Shown: positions 1-8,950 of the stretch, one piece after another | How positions within the stretch are numbered: position 1 is the first letter of the stretch | Layout: every line of letters starts with the position of its first letter | NCBI GenBank assembly: GCA_044070495.1 | Contig: JBIPSI010000023.1 | Span: 1 to 64,000 of the forward strand | DNA length: 64,000 nucleotides | DNA from: Spirulina sp. | GTDB taxonomy: Bacteria > Cyanobacteriota > Cyanobacteriia > Phormidesmidales > Phormidesmidaceae | Reading direction: 5' to 3' | Notes under the pieces: model-generated | Databases searched by the model: none | What the model saw: the letters and a program-made list of their open reading frames with translations, nothing else | What the model was told of the DNA's origin: nothing | Position numbers and translations under genes: made by a program

Positions 1-63
1 TTGCCCATTTTGATACATCAGCAGCGCGCTGAGCAGTCTAATTCCAGTACCGACGCAATCTAA
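1..63 (+). CDS. 3' end of an upstream integron cassette ORF (partial, product unknown)
   Basis: Frame 1 is open from the window edge (LPILIHQQRAEQSNSSTDAI) to TAA at 61-63, which lies inside the R'' box (ATCTAAC) of the first attC, a typical cassette arrangement. Confidence 0.5.
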   Translation: MPILIHQQRAEQSNSSTDAI

Positions 64-144
64 CAACCCGGCTGGAGCGGACTGTTGAGCGATCTTGGTG
101 GTGTTGCAAAAGTTGCGTACAGCCGCTCAGCCGGAACGTTATGC
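58..144 (+). mobile_element. Integron attC recombination site 1
   Basis: R'' ATCTAAC (58-64) and R' GTTATGC (138-144), 87 bp; arms CCGGCTG(G)AGCGG(A)CTGT / ACAGCCGCTCAGCCGG pair with two unpaired bases. Confidence 0.9.
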
Positions 145-156
145 ATACAAAATGCT

Positions 157-963
157 ATGACGCAAATATTTTCAAAAACAGACTTTATGAAAATGGCAAT
201 TGAGGAACACCTCAAATGTACGAAATATCCTCGAGTGGGAGCTGTGATCGCGAAAAGTGGAGAACTTCTTGCAACTGGCTATCGTGGTGAACGGGGCAAT
301 GACCACGCCGAACGTGTAGCGATAGAGAAATTATGTGCCGATCAACTTCATGGCTCAACTATCTATACAACTTTAGAGCCGTGCGTCAAACTATTTGATG
401 ACCAAGATATTCAATCTTGTGCAGAGTTAATAATTAGCTCAGGAATAACTGAAGTTGTTATAGGTGTTTTAGATCCAAACGGAACAATCTATTCGCAAGG
501 ATTTAGGAAATTATTGGAAAATAATATAAGCGTGAGTTTCTTTAATAGGAAGTTGCGAGCTGCTGTTGAGGAAGAAACGTTTGAATATGGAGAAATACAC
601 AAAATCTACGGCAATGGCAAGAGACGTATTCCAGTAGTTCACAGTGGGATAAGTATTGAAGTGCATTTCAGTAAAACAGATTTACGAAGCATCCCTATAA
701 GGTGGGCTACTTTACAGCCAACTCATGGATGTGTAGATCTTTCGAGCAATAATGGCGCTGTAAGAGTGGCTGCCGGAGCAAGCAGCTTTGGAGACATCAC
801 TGATCCAATGGTTTTCAGGTTCCCTAGTCACTTCGCGAGAATGAAAAAAGGAATGATTGCAATTGTACAACCAGTCGGATCGACCTTTTTTGTACTCATT
901 AAATTAATCGACATATTTGAAAATGACATAATATTTCAATGGGAAGTGAGAAATCAAGACTAG
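157..963 (+). CDS. Cassette gene: Zn-dependent cytidine/dCMP/RibD-like deaminase domain plus unknown C-terminal domain
   Basis: Motifs PRVGAVI, HAE, TLEPC-x9-C, DPN; no RibD reductase domain; AT-rich; ATG 157 chosen because the ORF-track start (85) lies inside attC1. Confidence 0.8.
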   Translation: MTQIFSKTDFMKMAIEEHLKCTKYPRVGAVIAKSGELLATGYRGERGNDHAERVAIEKLCADQLHGSTIYTTLEPCVKLFDDQDIQSCAELIISSGITEVVIGVLDPNGTIYSQGFRKLLENNISVSFFNRKLRAAVEEETFEYGEIHKIYGNGKRRIPVVHSGISIEVHFSKTDLRSIPIRWATLQPTHGCVDLSSNNGAVRVAAGASSFGDITDPMVFRFPSHFARMKKGMIAIVQPVGSTFFVLIKLIDIFENDIIFQWEVRNQD

Positions 964-1008
964 TCTATTTAAACTGTATTTTTTGGCAATTTTCTTCAGG
1001 TAGTATAT

Positions 1009-1094
1009 GCATAATAAGTTGTTTCACCGGAACGCCACAAACTGCTCGGTGAGTTGCAAAAGTTATCTACGTCTGGTGAGCTTTGTCGTTATCC
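1009..1094 (+). mobile_element. Integron attC site 2 (degenerate)
   Basis: R'' GCATAAT (AAC changed to AAT), R' GTTATCC, 86 bp; arms TCACCGG(A)ACG / CGTCTGGTGA; centre GTTGCAAAAGTT shared with attC1. Confidence 0.75.
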
Positions 1095-1200
1095 GGCACC
1101 GAGAGACTGCAATAGCAAACCCCAAGTTTTAGAAATTGTGTTAGAAATTTGGAGGCATCATCCCTTTTAATAAGGTCTTAAATTAGCTAGTAAGGTGCGT

Positions 1201-2130
1201 ATGGCTCAGCAAGATACTTCTAAGCAAAAAAAGCTAGTAATAACACTTGAAGAGAATGCAATGGATTCTCTCGTTCACGGTATTGAGCATCACCTTTACG
1301 GCAAACGTCAATCTGATTGGAAATACATTGTTCTACATGTTTTCCATGCAATTGAACTTTTTTTAAAGGCAAGACTTGCAAAACATGATGAAAAACTTAT
1401 TTATACGAATCGCAAGAATGGACATACAGTTAGCTGCGTCGAAGCAATTGGGCGATTGGTGAATGAAGTGAATATTCCGCTGGATAGCTATGTGGAATAT
1501 AAATCAAATGGCAAACAAGCAGCTAAATATCAGTTGGCTGGAGAGCTGGAAGAGTTGCGACAAGCAAGAAACGATATTGAGCATAAGGAAGCTTCTCTGG
1601 ATAAGGATGCAGTTAATAAATTTCTAGGGGTCGCATTCCGTTTCTTAGATGATTTTGTAAGTTTAGAGCTAGGACTAAGTTTGTCTGAGAAGCTAGAAGA
1701 ACTTGACGAACTTAGATGGGAAGAAATGATTGAAGCAGGTATGGAAGAAAAAGATATACCTGAGCAAGATAGCTATCAAACGCTCTCTCTTGCTTATCTC
1801 TCGTATGTTAAACATATGTCAGATCGAGGTATACCGCTCCATCCTAAGGAAAGAGTTGATTATTCATTTTTTACTTGCGAATTATGTGGTGAAGAAGCAG
1901 TTGTTCTACCCGATCCGAGGTCATACTCTGCGATCACTTACTGCTACAATTGCCGCGCTAAATATGAAGGTCATACATGTGCAAGATGCGAGCAGACTTA
2001 CATAGAATATTTAGGTGAATGGGAAAAAGGTGATAACCCACCTGAGCATCCTGATTTGGAAAGTCTTTTGAACTCTGAAGAAGATGTATCTTTTTGCGAG
2101 GTGTGTCAAGATTGGATCGCGGATCAGTGA
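1201..2130 (+). CDS. Cassette gene: HEPN-like domain protein with C-terminal Zn-ribbons
   Basis: N-terminal ENAMDSL..G..K..VL..HAIELFLKARL pattern, R-x4-H motif RNDIEH, four CxxC motifs (CELC, CYNC, CARC, CEVC); AT-rich; between attC2 and attC3. Confidence 0.65.
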   Translation: MAQQDTSKQKKLVITLEENAMDSLVHGIEHHLYGKRQSDWKYIVLHVFHAIELFLKARLAKHDEKLIYTNRKNGHTVSCVEAIGRLVNEVNIPLDSYVEYKSNGKQAAKYQLAGELEELRQARNDIEHKEASLDKDAVNKFLGVAFRFLDDFVSLELGLSLSEKLEELDELRWEEMIEAGMEEKDIPEQDSYQTLSLAYLSYVKHMSDRGIPLHPKERVDYSFFTCELCGEEAVVLPDPRSYSAITYCYNCRAKYEGHTCARCEQTYIEYLGEWEKGDNPPEHPDLESLLNSEEDVSFCEVCQDWIADQ

Positions 2131-2143
2131 TAGCGCAAGTGCC

Positions 2144-2230
2144 GCATAACAACCCCAACGCAGCGGACAGACGAAAACCGCTGGTGCTGAGTTCGAGGTT
2201 ATCTACTGCCGCTGGTTGGGAACGTTATGT
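2144..2230 (+). mobile_element. Integron attC site 3
   Basis: R'' GCATAAC, R' GTTATGT, 87 bp; arms CCCAAC(G)CAGCGG(A)CAG / CTGCCGCTGGTTGGG with two unpaired bases. Confidence 0.9.
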
Positions 2231-2369
2231 GCGCGACCTTGGAGTCGTTCTCGGAATGTTCAACCCATAAGGGGAGGGCAGTATTAGCAGAAGAGGTTAA
2301 CTGTCGAAGCATCTTCAGAGTCAAATTGAGGGTGCAGGCTAGGGCAAGGTTGCTAAGGATAATGCACGC

Positions 2370-2398
2370 ATGGGTTACGCTGCGCTAATCCATCCTAC
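2370..2398. repeat. REP-like short palindromic repeat (GTAG family)
   Basis: ATGGGTTACGCTGCGCTAATCCATCCTAC imperfect hairpin ending in CTAC; related to 5992-6073. Confidence 0.55.
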
Positions 2399-2439
2399 GG
2401 GGTCTTACGTTTAATCTGTCCCACCGACTTATCCCAGCT

Positions 2440-2775
2440 CTAACCCACGGCAAAGTCGGTAAATTGGCGCTTAAAGGGCGAATGAAACCCCAGCACAATA
2501 TCGTGCTTAGGCACCCCACGATCTACCAGTTCATTAGCAATGCCGCCCTCGGTGCCGTCGTGCTGAATCCAAATTTTGCCGTTCTTAATATCCACATGCA
2601 GCACACAACCATAGACCCGTCGCTTATTCGAGAACCCCACATGAACCACCTGATAGTGATCGCGCTCCGTATCAAAAATTAGTTCCGTTTCCAACTCTGG
2701 AATGTTGAAGTCTACCTGGCCATACTCCGTCAAAAGCTCTTGAACCAGTTGGCGATAATGGTCTACATTGTCCAT
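2440..2775 (-). CDS. xisI: XisI family protein
   Basis: Typical XisI motifs: IFDTERDHYQ, HVDIKNGKIWIQHDGTE, GVPKHDIVLGFH. Confidence 0.9.
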   Translation of the reverse strand: MDNVDHYRQLVQELLTEYGQVDFNIPELETELIFDTERDHYQVVHVGFSNKRRVYGCVLHVDIKNGKIWIQHDGTEGGIANELVDRGVPKHDIVLGFHSPFKRQFTDFAVG

Positions 2776-2972
2776 TTCACAATCACCTCTTCCTCTGGGT
2801 CATACGCAATTTTCTCATTTCCCCGCTGAGCCGCCATAATGCGTTCAGCCCCCAGGTCAATGTACATTTCCACCCCACCAAAGCTAAGAAACAGCGGGTC
2901 GTGGGTAATCGTCCAGCCGTCCTTTTCGAGGGCGCGTTTAACGGCATCATGAAACAGATCTTTGGCGGCCAT
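2763..2972 (-). pseudogene. xisH: XisH family protein with large in-frame internal deletion
   Basis: MAAKDLFHDAVKRALEKDGWTITHDP...IDLGAE...EKIA joined directly to the C-terminal YDPEEEVIVKW; 69 aa, about half normal length; the VEIK(S) nuclease motif is missing. Confidence 0.8.
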
Positions 2973-3050
2973 GGGAAAACGAAATGCAGGGCGTTGTAGG
3001 GCCAACACTATTTTAAAGCGCCCCAACCTTTGACAACAGCCCGACGAGAC

Positions 3051-3145
3051 GAACCCGAGACGGCTGGTCAGGTCAGCGTATCAGCCATAACCTGCCTTGA
3101 AATCGCCCTGGCCGAGCAACGGGGTCGGCTAGAATTTCCTTCAAC
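3051..3145 (+). pseudogene. PIN-domain (VapC-type) toxin fragment
   Basis: VSVSAITCLEIALAEQRGRLEFP resembles the central VapC helix motif; N- and C-terminal parts absent. Confidence 0.5.
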
Positions 3146-3156
3146 TAGGGGCGAAC

Positions 3157-3486
3157 CTACTGCCAAAGTAGCCTCACCAGGAGGATCAAACAGGCTATCC
3201 CTAACAGCGGGGTAGAGATGGCCACCACACGGGCCGCCAGCCAAGCGGGCAGGTAAATATCCTGCACGACTTGATCGTCAGGCGTCAGGCGTTCGGCCCA
3301 GGTTCTCAGGGGGCAGCGGAAACCATGGGTGGCATAAACAACCACTTCCACGCTGATCAGCGCAAAGGCAAAGGCCGTCCACCGCGTGAGCTGATTAGCC
3401 AGCCCGCAATACAGCAGAAACAGAATCGCCCCAAACATCACGACGAAAACGAGGGTATGGAACAGCCGCACCCAGACAATCAACAT
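3157..3486 (-). CDS. Small membrane protein (DUF2784-like)
   Basis: Three hydrophobic segments and a CPL-x-x-W-A-E motif. Confidence 0.55.
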   Translation of the reverse strand: MLIVWVRLFHTLVFVVMFGAILFLLYCGLANQLTRWTAFAFALISVEVVVYATHGFRCPLRTWAERLTPDDQVVQDIYLPAWLAARVVAISTPLLGIACLILLVRLLWQ

Positions 3487-3592
3487 GGTCTGCCTCCTGA
3501 GGTTGTTTCTAGCCTAGGTCGTCAAATCAGGGCAGAACTGGGGTGCCGTTCGTCGTGGGGAGGGATGCTCATCGTCCGCTGACCTCCGTGGC

Positions 3593-4198
3593 CTAGCTGT
3601 GAACCCTTGGCTCTGGGTGGAGGGTTGCCAGAATCTCACTTTCGGCCTCAGCTAGGGTTTTCAGGCGATCATCCACCTCAGACCGAGGGAAGCGACCCGT
3701 CGCCAACACCCAGTAGGTGCCGTAGTGACGAGCTTCCGAGGCCATCAAGCTGCGGTAAAACTTGGCCAGGGCGGGGTCGGGGCAGTGCTGGGCCAGCAGT
3801 CCTAGGCGCTCGTGGCTGCGGGCTTCGATCAGGGCAGACACCAGAAACAAATCAAGCTGACGCTGGGGTTCCACAGATCGCACCTGTTCCCGCAGTTTGG
3901 CTCCGTAGGGTGGCGGTTGTAGCGGACGCAGGGGCACCCCCCGTCGCTCTAGCCACTGGTGTACCTGGGTGAAGTGGGCCAGTTCTTCCTGGGCAATTTC
4001 TGTCAGCGCCAGAATCAACTCCCGGTCGGAGGGGTAGCGGTTGATCAGGCCCATGGCCACCCCAGCGGCCTTGCGTTCGCACTGGGCGTGGTCTAGCAAA
4101 ATGGTGTCCAAATTCGCCAAGGCTTGTTCTACCCATTCCGGGCGAGTCGGCTCAACGAGGAATTTGATGGTGGCGGTGGTCATCGTAGCCGTGGACAT
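3593..4198 (-). CDS. miaE: tRNA-(ms2io6A37) hydroxylase MiaE
   Basis: LLDHAQCERKAA, EELAHF, IEARSHERL and SEARHY di-iron motifs. Confidence 0.9.
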   Translation of the reverse strand: MSTATMTTATIKFLVEPTRPEWVEQALANLDTILLDHAQCERKAAGVAMGLINRYPSDRELILALTEIAQEELAHFTQVHQWLERRGVPLRPLQPPPYGAKLREQVRSVEPQRQLDLFLVSALIEARSHERLGLLAQHCPDPALAKFYRSLMASEARHYGTYWVLATGRFPRSEVDDRLKTLAEAESEILATLHPEPRVHS

Positions 4199-4441
4199 GG
4201 GCAATCGTGCGAACAAAGGCTAAACCCTATCATCGCAAATTCAAGGTAGAACGGCTATCTGGGTTGCCTTGGTCACGGATTGGGAACCCATTCCACCCCA
4301 CCCCTTTGGATCACCTGAGGTTCCCGTCGCGCCCTAAAATAGAGATTCTCAAGGTTAAAAAATCCCTAAGGTTAACGCCGCCCCTGCTTTGCCCTGTTCT
4401 CACCCCACCCCTTCACCCTTCACTCCCCTACCCTTCTCCCC

Positions 4442-5953
4442 ATGGCCACCGACTACCTCGAACGCATTCTCACCGCCCGTGTCTATGACGTTGCCCAGGA
4501 AACTTCCCTGGAGATGGCCCCCAACCTGTCGGCCCGGTTGCACAATCGGCTGCTGCTAAAGCGGGAGGATATGCAGTCGGTGTTTTCCTTTAAGCTGCGG
4601 GGGGCCTACAACAAAATGGCGCACCTGTCGCCGGAACAGTTGGCCCAGGGGGTGATTGCGTCTTCAGCGGGGAACCATGCCCAGGGGGTGGCCTTGGGGG
4701 CCAAGCAGTTGGGGACTCGCGCCATTATTGTGATGCCCACCACCACGCCGATGGTGAAGGTGAATGCGGTGAAAGCTCGCGGCGGCGAAGTGGTGCTCTA
4801 CGGCGAAACCTACGACGATGCCTACGCCCACGCCCGCCAATTGTCCGAAGAAAAGGGTCTTGCCTTTGTCCATCCCTTCGATGATCCCGATGTGATCGCC
4901 GGACAGGGCACCATCGGCATGGAAATTCTGCGCCAGCATCCCCAGCCCATCCACGCCATTTTTGTGGCCATCGGCGGCGGCGGTCTAATTTCCGGCATTG
5001 CCGCCTACGTGAAGCGCCTGCGACCGGAGATCAAAATCATCGGCGTGGAACCCATCGAGGCCGATGCCATGGATCAATCCCTCAAGGCTGGGGAGCGGGT
5101 GCGGCTGAGCCAGGTGGGGCTGTTTGCCGATGGGGTGGCCGTGCGCCAGGTGGGTGAAGAAACCTTCCGCCTCTGCCAGCAGTATGTGGACGACATCATT
5201 CTGGTCAGCACCGACGACACCTGTGCGGCGATTAAGGACGTGTTTGAGGACACGCGCTCGATTTTGGAACCCGCCGGAGCCTTGGCCATCGCCGGAGCCA
5301 AGGCCTACGTGGAGCGCGAGGGCATCACCGACCAAACCCTAATCGCCGTGGCCTGTGGGGCGAATATGAACTTCGACCGGCTGCGGTTTGTGGCGGAACG
5401 GGCGGAAATTGGCGAACAGCGGGAGGCCATCTTTGCCGTCACCATCCCCGAAACGCCAGGGAGCCTAAAAGCCTTTTGCGAATGCCTAGGCACCCGCAAC
5501 CTAACGGAATTTAACTACCGCATTGCCGACAATCACGAAGCCCATATTTTTGTGGGTCTAGAAGTGCAGGGCCGCGCCGATGCCGAAAAAATGATCCAAG
5601 TGTTTGAATCTAAGGGTTTGAAAACCCTGGATCTCACCGATGATGAGCTTTCCAAAATGCACCTGCGCCACATGGTCGGTGGCAAATCTGCCCTCGCCCA
5701 TAACGAGTTGATTTATCGGTTTGAATTTCCAGAACGGCCCGGTGCCCTAATGAAATTCGTCAATGCGATGAGTCCTGACTGGAACATCAGCCTCTTCCAC
5801 TACCGCAACAATGGCTCGGACTATGGCCGCATCGTCACCGGAATTCAGGTGCCCCCGGACGAAATGGAACAGTGGCAATCTTTCCTGGATAACCTAGGCT
5901 ATCAATATTGGGACGAAAACCAAAACCCCGCCTACAAACTATTTTTGGGATAG
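4442..5953 (+). CDS. ilvA: Threonine ammonia-lyase, biosynthetic
   Basis: SFKLRGAYN PLP lysine, SAGNHAQG, GGGGL, two C-terminal regulatory domains. Confidence 0.97.
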   Translation: MATDYLERILTARVYDVAQETSLEMAPNLSARLHNRLLLKREDMQSVFSFKLRGAYNKMAHLSPEQLAQGVIASSAGNHAQGVALGAKQLGTRAIIVMPTTTPMVKVNAVKARGGEVVLYGETYDDAYAHARQLSEEKGLAFVHPFDDPDVIAGQGTIGMEILRQHPQPIHAIFVAIGGGGLISGIAAYVKRLRPEIKIIGVEPIEADAMDQSLKAGERVRLSQVGLFADGVAVRQVGEETFRLCQQYVDDIILVSTDDTCAAIKDVFEDTRSILEPAGALAIAGAKAYVEREGITDQTLIAVACGANMNFDRLRFVAERAEIGEQREAIFAVTIPETPGSLKAFCECLGTRNLTEFNYRIADNHEAHIFVGLEVQGRADAEKMIQVFESKGLKTLDLTDDELSKMHLRHMVGGKSALAHNELIYRFEFPERPGALMKFVNAMSPDWNISLFHYRNNGSDYGRIVTGIQVPPDEMEQWQSFLDNLGYQYWDENQNPAYKLFLG

Positions 5954-5991
5954 CCAAAAGTCTGTCGTGAATCGACACAGCTACAATGATG

Positions 5992-6073
5992 CCTGTAGGT
6001 TGGGTGGAACGGAGTGTAACCCAACACTGGCATGGCTTTTCGGGTTCCGCTATCGCTGCACCCAACCTACAGG
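5992..6073. repeat. Inverted pair of REP-like repeats between convergent genes
   Basis: Perfect 15-bp inverted ends CCTGTAGGTTGGGTG / CACCCAACCTACAGG with internal imperfect pairing. Confidence 0.75.
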
Positions 6074-6095
6074 TTCAGTCGTGTCAGACCACGGC

Positions 6096-6734
6096 TCAAG
6101 ATTTTGCTAACTGCCTTACCCATTGGCGAAAGTCTACCTCAGCCGCGACTTCATCGGTCATGGCGGTCTGTAGAAAACGGTAGAGATCGGCTTTAGCCAC
6201 CATGGGAAAGATGGGAGACTGATCTCGTTCCTCGTATTGCCCTTCAATAAGCTTCAAAATTATCCAATCACGCCCGTTAAATCGCCAGAATTCCGGCACA
6301 CCCAAGCTGGCATAGAGATCATTTTTCTGAATATCGGTGTGGGTAATATCAACCTCAACCACTAAATCTGGGGGCGGATCAACGGCTAAGTTGATCTCAT
6401 GATCGGCCACTAGGGTATAGTTTTGAATGTAGTAACCGCTATCCGGCTCCGCACTTTTTGAAAGGTCTTCCCTGGCCAGGGTGGTTGACCCCATAGATTT
6501 CATTTTTAAGCCCAGTTCTACCACTAAAATACGAACAAATAGCTCAATTAACCGTGCCAGACGTTCATGGCTTTCTAGCGGCATGGTAATTTCTAACGTT
6601 CCATTGTCATAGGTAAAGCGGGCTTGGGTACGCGGACTTAACAGTTGGTGAATCTGTTGAAATGCTGACCAATCTAGGACGCGAAAGGCCATACGATTTT
6701 CCCCAGTTAGGGCAGGTGGAGCCTCTAGATACAT
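6096..6734 (-). CDS. Uma2 family endonuclease-like protein
   Basis: LEITMP..HE, AEPD, PPPDLVVEVD, YASLGVPEFWR motifs. Confidence 0.9.
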   Translation of the reverse strand: MYLEAPPALTGENRMAFRVLDWSAFQQIHQLLSPRTQARFTYDNGTLEITMPLESHERLARLIELFVRILVVELGLKMKSMGSTTLAREDLSKSAEPDSGYYIQNYTLVADHEINLAVDPPPDLVVEVDITHTDIQKNDLYASLGVPEFWRFNGRDWIILKLIEGQYEERDQSPIFPMVAKADLYRFLQTAMTDEVAAEVDFRQWVRQLAKS

Positions 6735-6822
6735 GGTTGTTTCTCTCGCAGGACTAACCTAGACCAACAACTGCATTCTACCCGCTAAGATCAGGGCAAG
6801 TGTGCATGGAGGGATCGCCCTG

Positions 6823-8214
6823 ATGTTCCCCGATTCTGCCGTTTGTTTGTGGTTGAAGAATAGACTACGGGCCAAGCTTGCCCCTCCTAAGGCAGCGGCT
6901 CCCCAAGGTGCCTTTTCCCTGCCCTCCCTCCCGTGGGCCATTGGTGCAGCGGGGCTGTTCCTGGTGAGCTGTGGCGGCGTGGCCGAATCCCTGGATCAAG
7001 GATCCGAGTTTACCGGGCTAGACCCGATGGCGGCGGCGGCTCCCCTGCCGGAACCGGAATGGTCGGCGGAGGAACGCTGGTATCGGGCGGTGAGTGAGGC
7101 GAATCAGGCGGCTCAACTGGCCCAAACCGCTACGACAGCCGCCGAGTGGCAACAGGTTGCAACCACCTGGGGGCAATCGGCCCTGTGGTTGAAGGGAATG
7201 CCCGTAGAGGATCCGCGCTATGCCTTCAGTCAGCGGCGGGCGCAGGAATATCTCGACAACCTAACGGTGGCCCAGGCCCAGGCTCGTCAGCAAGCCCAAC
7301 GGGACGGTATGCCACGGGTGTTTCCGGCCCTAGGCAGTGATGTCTTGGATGAGCAGATCAGTCTTTACCATTCCTACGTGGCCACCCTGGGCGTGCCGGA
7401 TATTTTGATTATGGGCAGTTCGCGAGCCTTGCAGGGGGTAGATCCCCAGGTGTTGCAGCAGGCTTTGGCGGTGCAGGGCTATCCCGATTTGCGAGTCTAT
7501 AACTTTAGTGTGAATGGGGCCACCGCCCAGGTGATGAGCTTTGTCACCCGCCAGCTTTTGGCCGAGGATATGCACCCCCGCCTGGTGATTTGGGCCGAGG
7601 GGGCCAGGGGCTTTAATAGTGGCCGCTTTGACCGCACCTTCGCCGCCATTTTGGAGTCTCCCGGCTATGCCGCCGTGCGCGATGGGGCCAACCTCAGCCT
7701 GGTCAATCCTGCCCCCGACCTCGCCATTCCCACCGATACCATCCCGCCAACGGCCATCAACAGCCAGGGCTTTTTGGCGGTCAACGATCAGTTCAACCCA
7801 GCGGTGTATTACCGATCCTTCCCCCTTGTGCGCGGCCAGTACGACAACACCTACCGCGCCTTTCGCCTCGATGGGGTGCAGACGGTGTCCCTAGAGGCGA
7901 TGATCCAATCCTTCCGCAATCGGGGGATTCCCATCGTCTTTGTGAATCTGCCCCTCAGCAACGACTACCTCGACCCCGTGCGCCTCGGCTATGAACGGCA
8001 GTTTCAGGGCTTTCTGCAAACCCACGCCAACCGGGGCACCATGACCGTGGTTGACCTGCTGGAAATTTGGCGCTGGCAGTCCCACTTCTTCGCCGACCCC
8101 AGCCACATCAACCGCTACGGTGCCCGCGAAATTGCCCGCATCCTCGCCGAAGATAGCCGCATCCCCTGGCCCACCGCCCCCAAACCGGAGCTAGAAGCGG
8201 TGGAAACCCCCTAG
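6823..8214 (+). CDS. Putative lipoprotein with SGNH-like (DUF1574-like) domain
   Basis: Lipobox-like LFLVSC, GSSR and DPSH motifs; start codon uncertain. Confidence 0.6.
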   Translation: MFPDSAVCLWLKNRLRAKLAPPKAAAPQGAFSLPSLPWAIGAAGLFLVSCGGVAESLDQGSEFTGLDPMAAAAPLPEPEWSAEERWYRAVSEANQAAQLAQTATTAAEWQQVATTWGQSALWLKGMPVEDPRYAFSQRRAQEYLDNLTVAQAQARQQAQRDGMPRVFPALGSDVLDEQISLYHSYVATLGVPDILIMGSSRALQGVDPQVLQQALAVQGYPDLRVYNFSVNGATAQVMSFVTRQLLAEDMHPRLVIWAEGARGFNSGRFDRTFAAILESPGYAAVRDGANLSLVNPAPDLAIPTDTIPPTAINSQGFLAVNDQFNPAVYYRSFPLVRGQYDNTYRAFRLDGVQTVSLEAMIQSFRNRGIPIVFVNLPLSNDYLDPVRLGYERQFQGFLQTHANRGTMTVVDLLEIWRWQSHFFADPSHINRYGAREIARILAEDSRIPWPTAPKPELEAVETP

Positions 8215-8320
8215 GCTCAGATCCCAGAATTGTGCCGGGGCGAACTCGACATCCTAACCCCGGTAACACGAACTCGGATTTGGAATTTAACAGGCCCATG
8301 GGATCTCTGCCGTGATTGGG

Positions 8321-8950
8321 CTAGGGGCCAAACCGTTCAACGGCGGCGATGACGCCAAACAGAATAAACAGCGATCCACCAATCAAGGTCAGCCAGCGCT
8401 CAGAAATGCGCCCCGCCACCAGCTTGCCACAAACCACCGCAATGGCGGCACAGATAGCATGGCCCAGGGTGGCCCCCAGCACAACGCCAACGGGATGTTG
8501 AGCCGCCGCCAGGGCAATGGTGGCCAGTTGGGTTCGATCCCCCCATTCCGCCACAAAGGTGAGGGTAAAGGCTTCTAACACCACGGCGCGATTGGTGCGT
8601 ACCACCGCTGCTTGCTCTCGTTTTTCGACCGCTTCTAGGGCTTCGATTTGTTCATCTTCAAGGCTACCTGGCCCCTTCATTCGCAGGCCATCGTAGAGCA
8701 GTTTGAGGCCAAAGCCGAGGAACAGAGCGACGGTCAAGCCATTGACAATTACAGGGGGGAAAAGGGTGGCTACTTGGCCAATGGCCACCGACAAAACCGT
8801 CATCAAGAAAAGGGCCATGGTGACCCCCAGAAACACCCAGCGGCGAGGGTGGCGGGTGGCCAAAATCATGCCAATGAAAAATGTTTTGTCCCCGATTTCT
8901 GACAGGGTTATCAAAAGTAGCGCAGCGGTAAATCCAGTTAAGGGGTTCAT
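8321..8950 (-). CDS. TMEM165/GDT1 (UPF0016) family cation (Mn2+/Ca2+) transporter
   Basis: Two signature motifs EIGDKT and EWGDRTQ. Confidence 0.93.
   Translation of the reverse strand: MNPLTGFTAALLLITLSEIGDKTFFIGMILATRHPRRWVFLGVTMALFLMTVLSVAIGQVATLFPPVIVNGLTVALFLGFGLKLLYDGLRMKGPGSLEDEQIEALEAVEKREQAAVVRTNRAVVLEAFTLTFVAEWGDRTQLATIALAAAQHPVGVVLGATLGHAICAAIAVVCGKLVAGRISERWLTLIGGSLFILFGVIAAVERFGP

Noticed and set aside
85..156. N-terminal extension of the deaminase ORF in the ORF track
   Set aside because: It overlaps attC1; the ATG at 157 just after the recombination point is more plausible.
157..963. ribD assignment
   Set aside because: No reductase domain, altered PC..C spacer, and cassette context.
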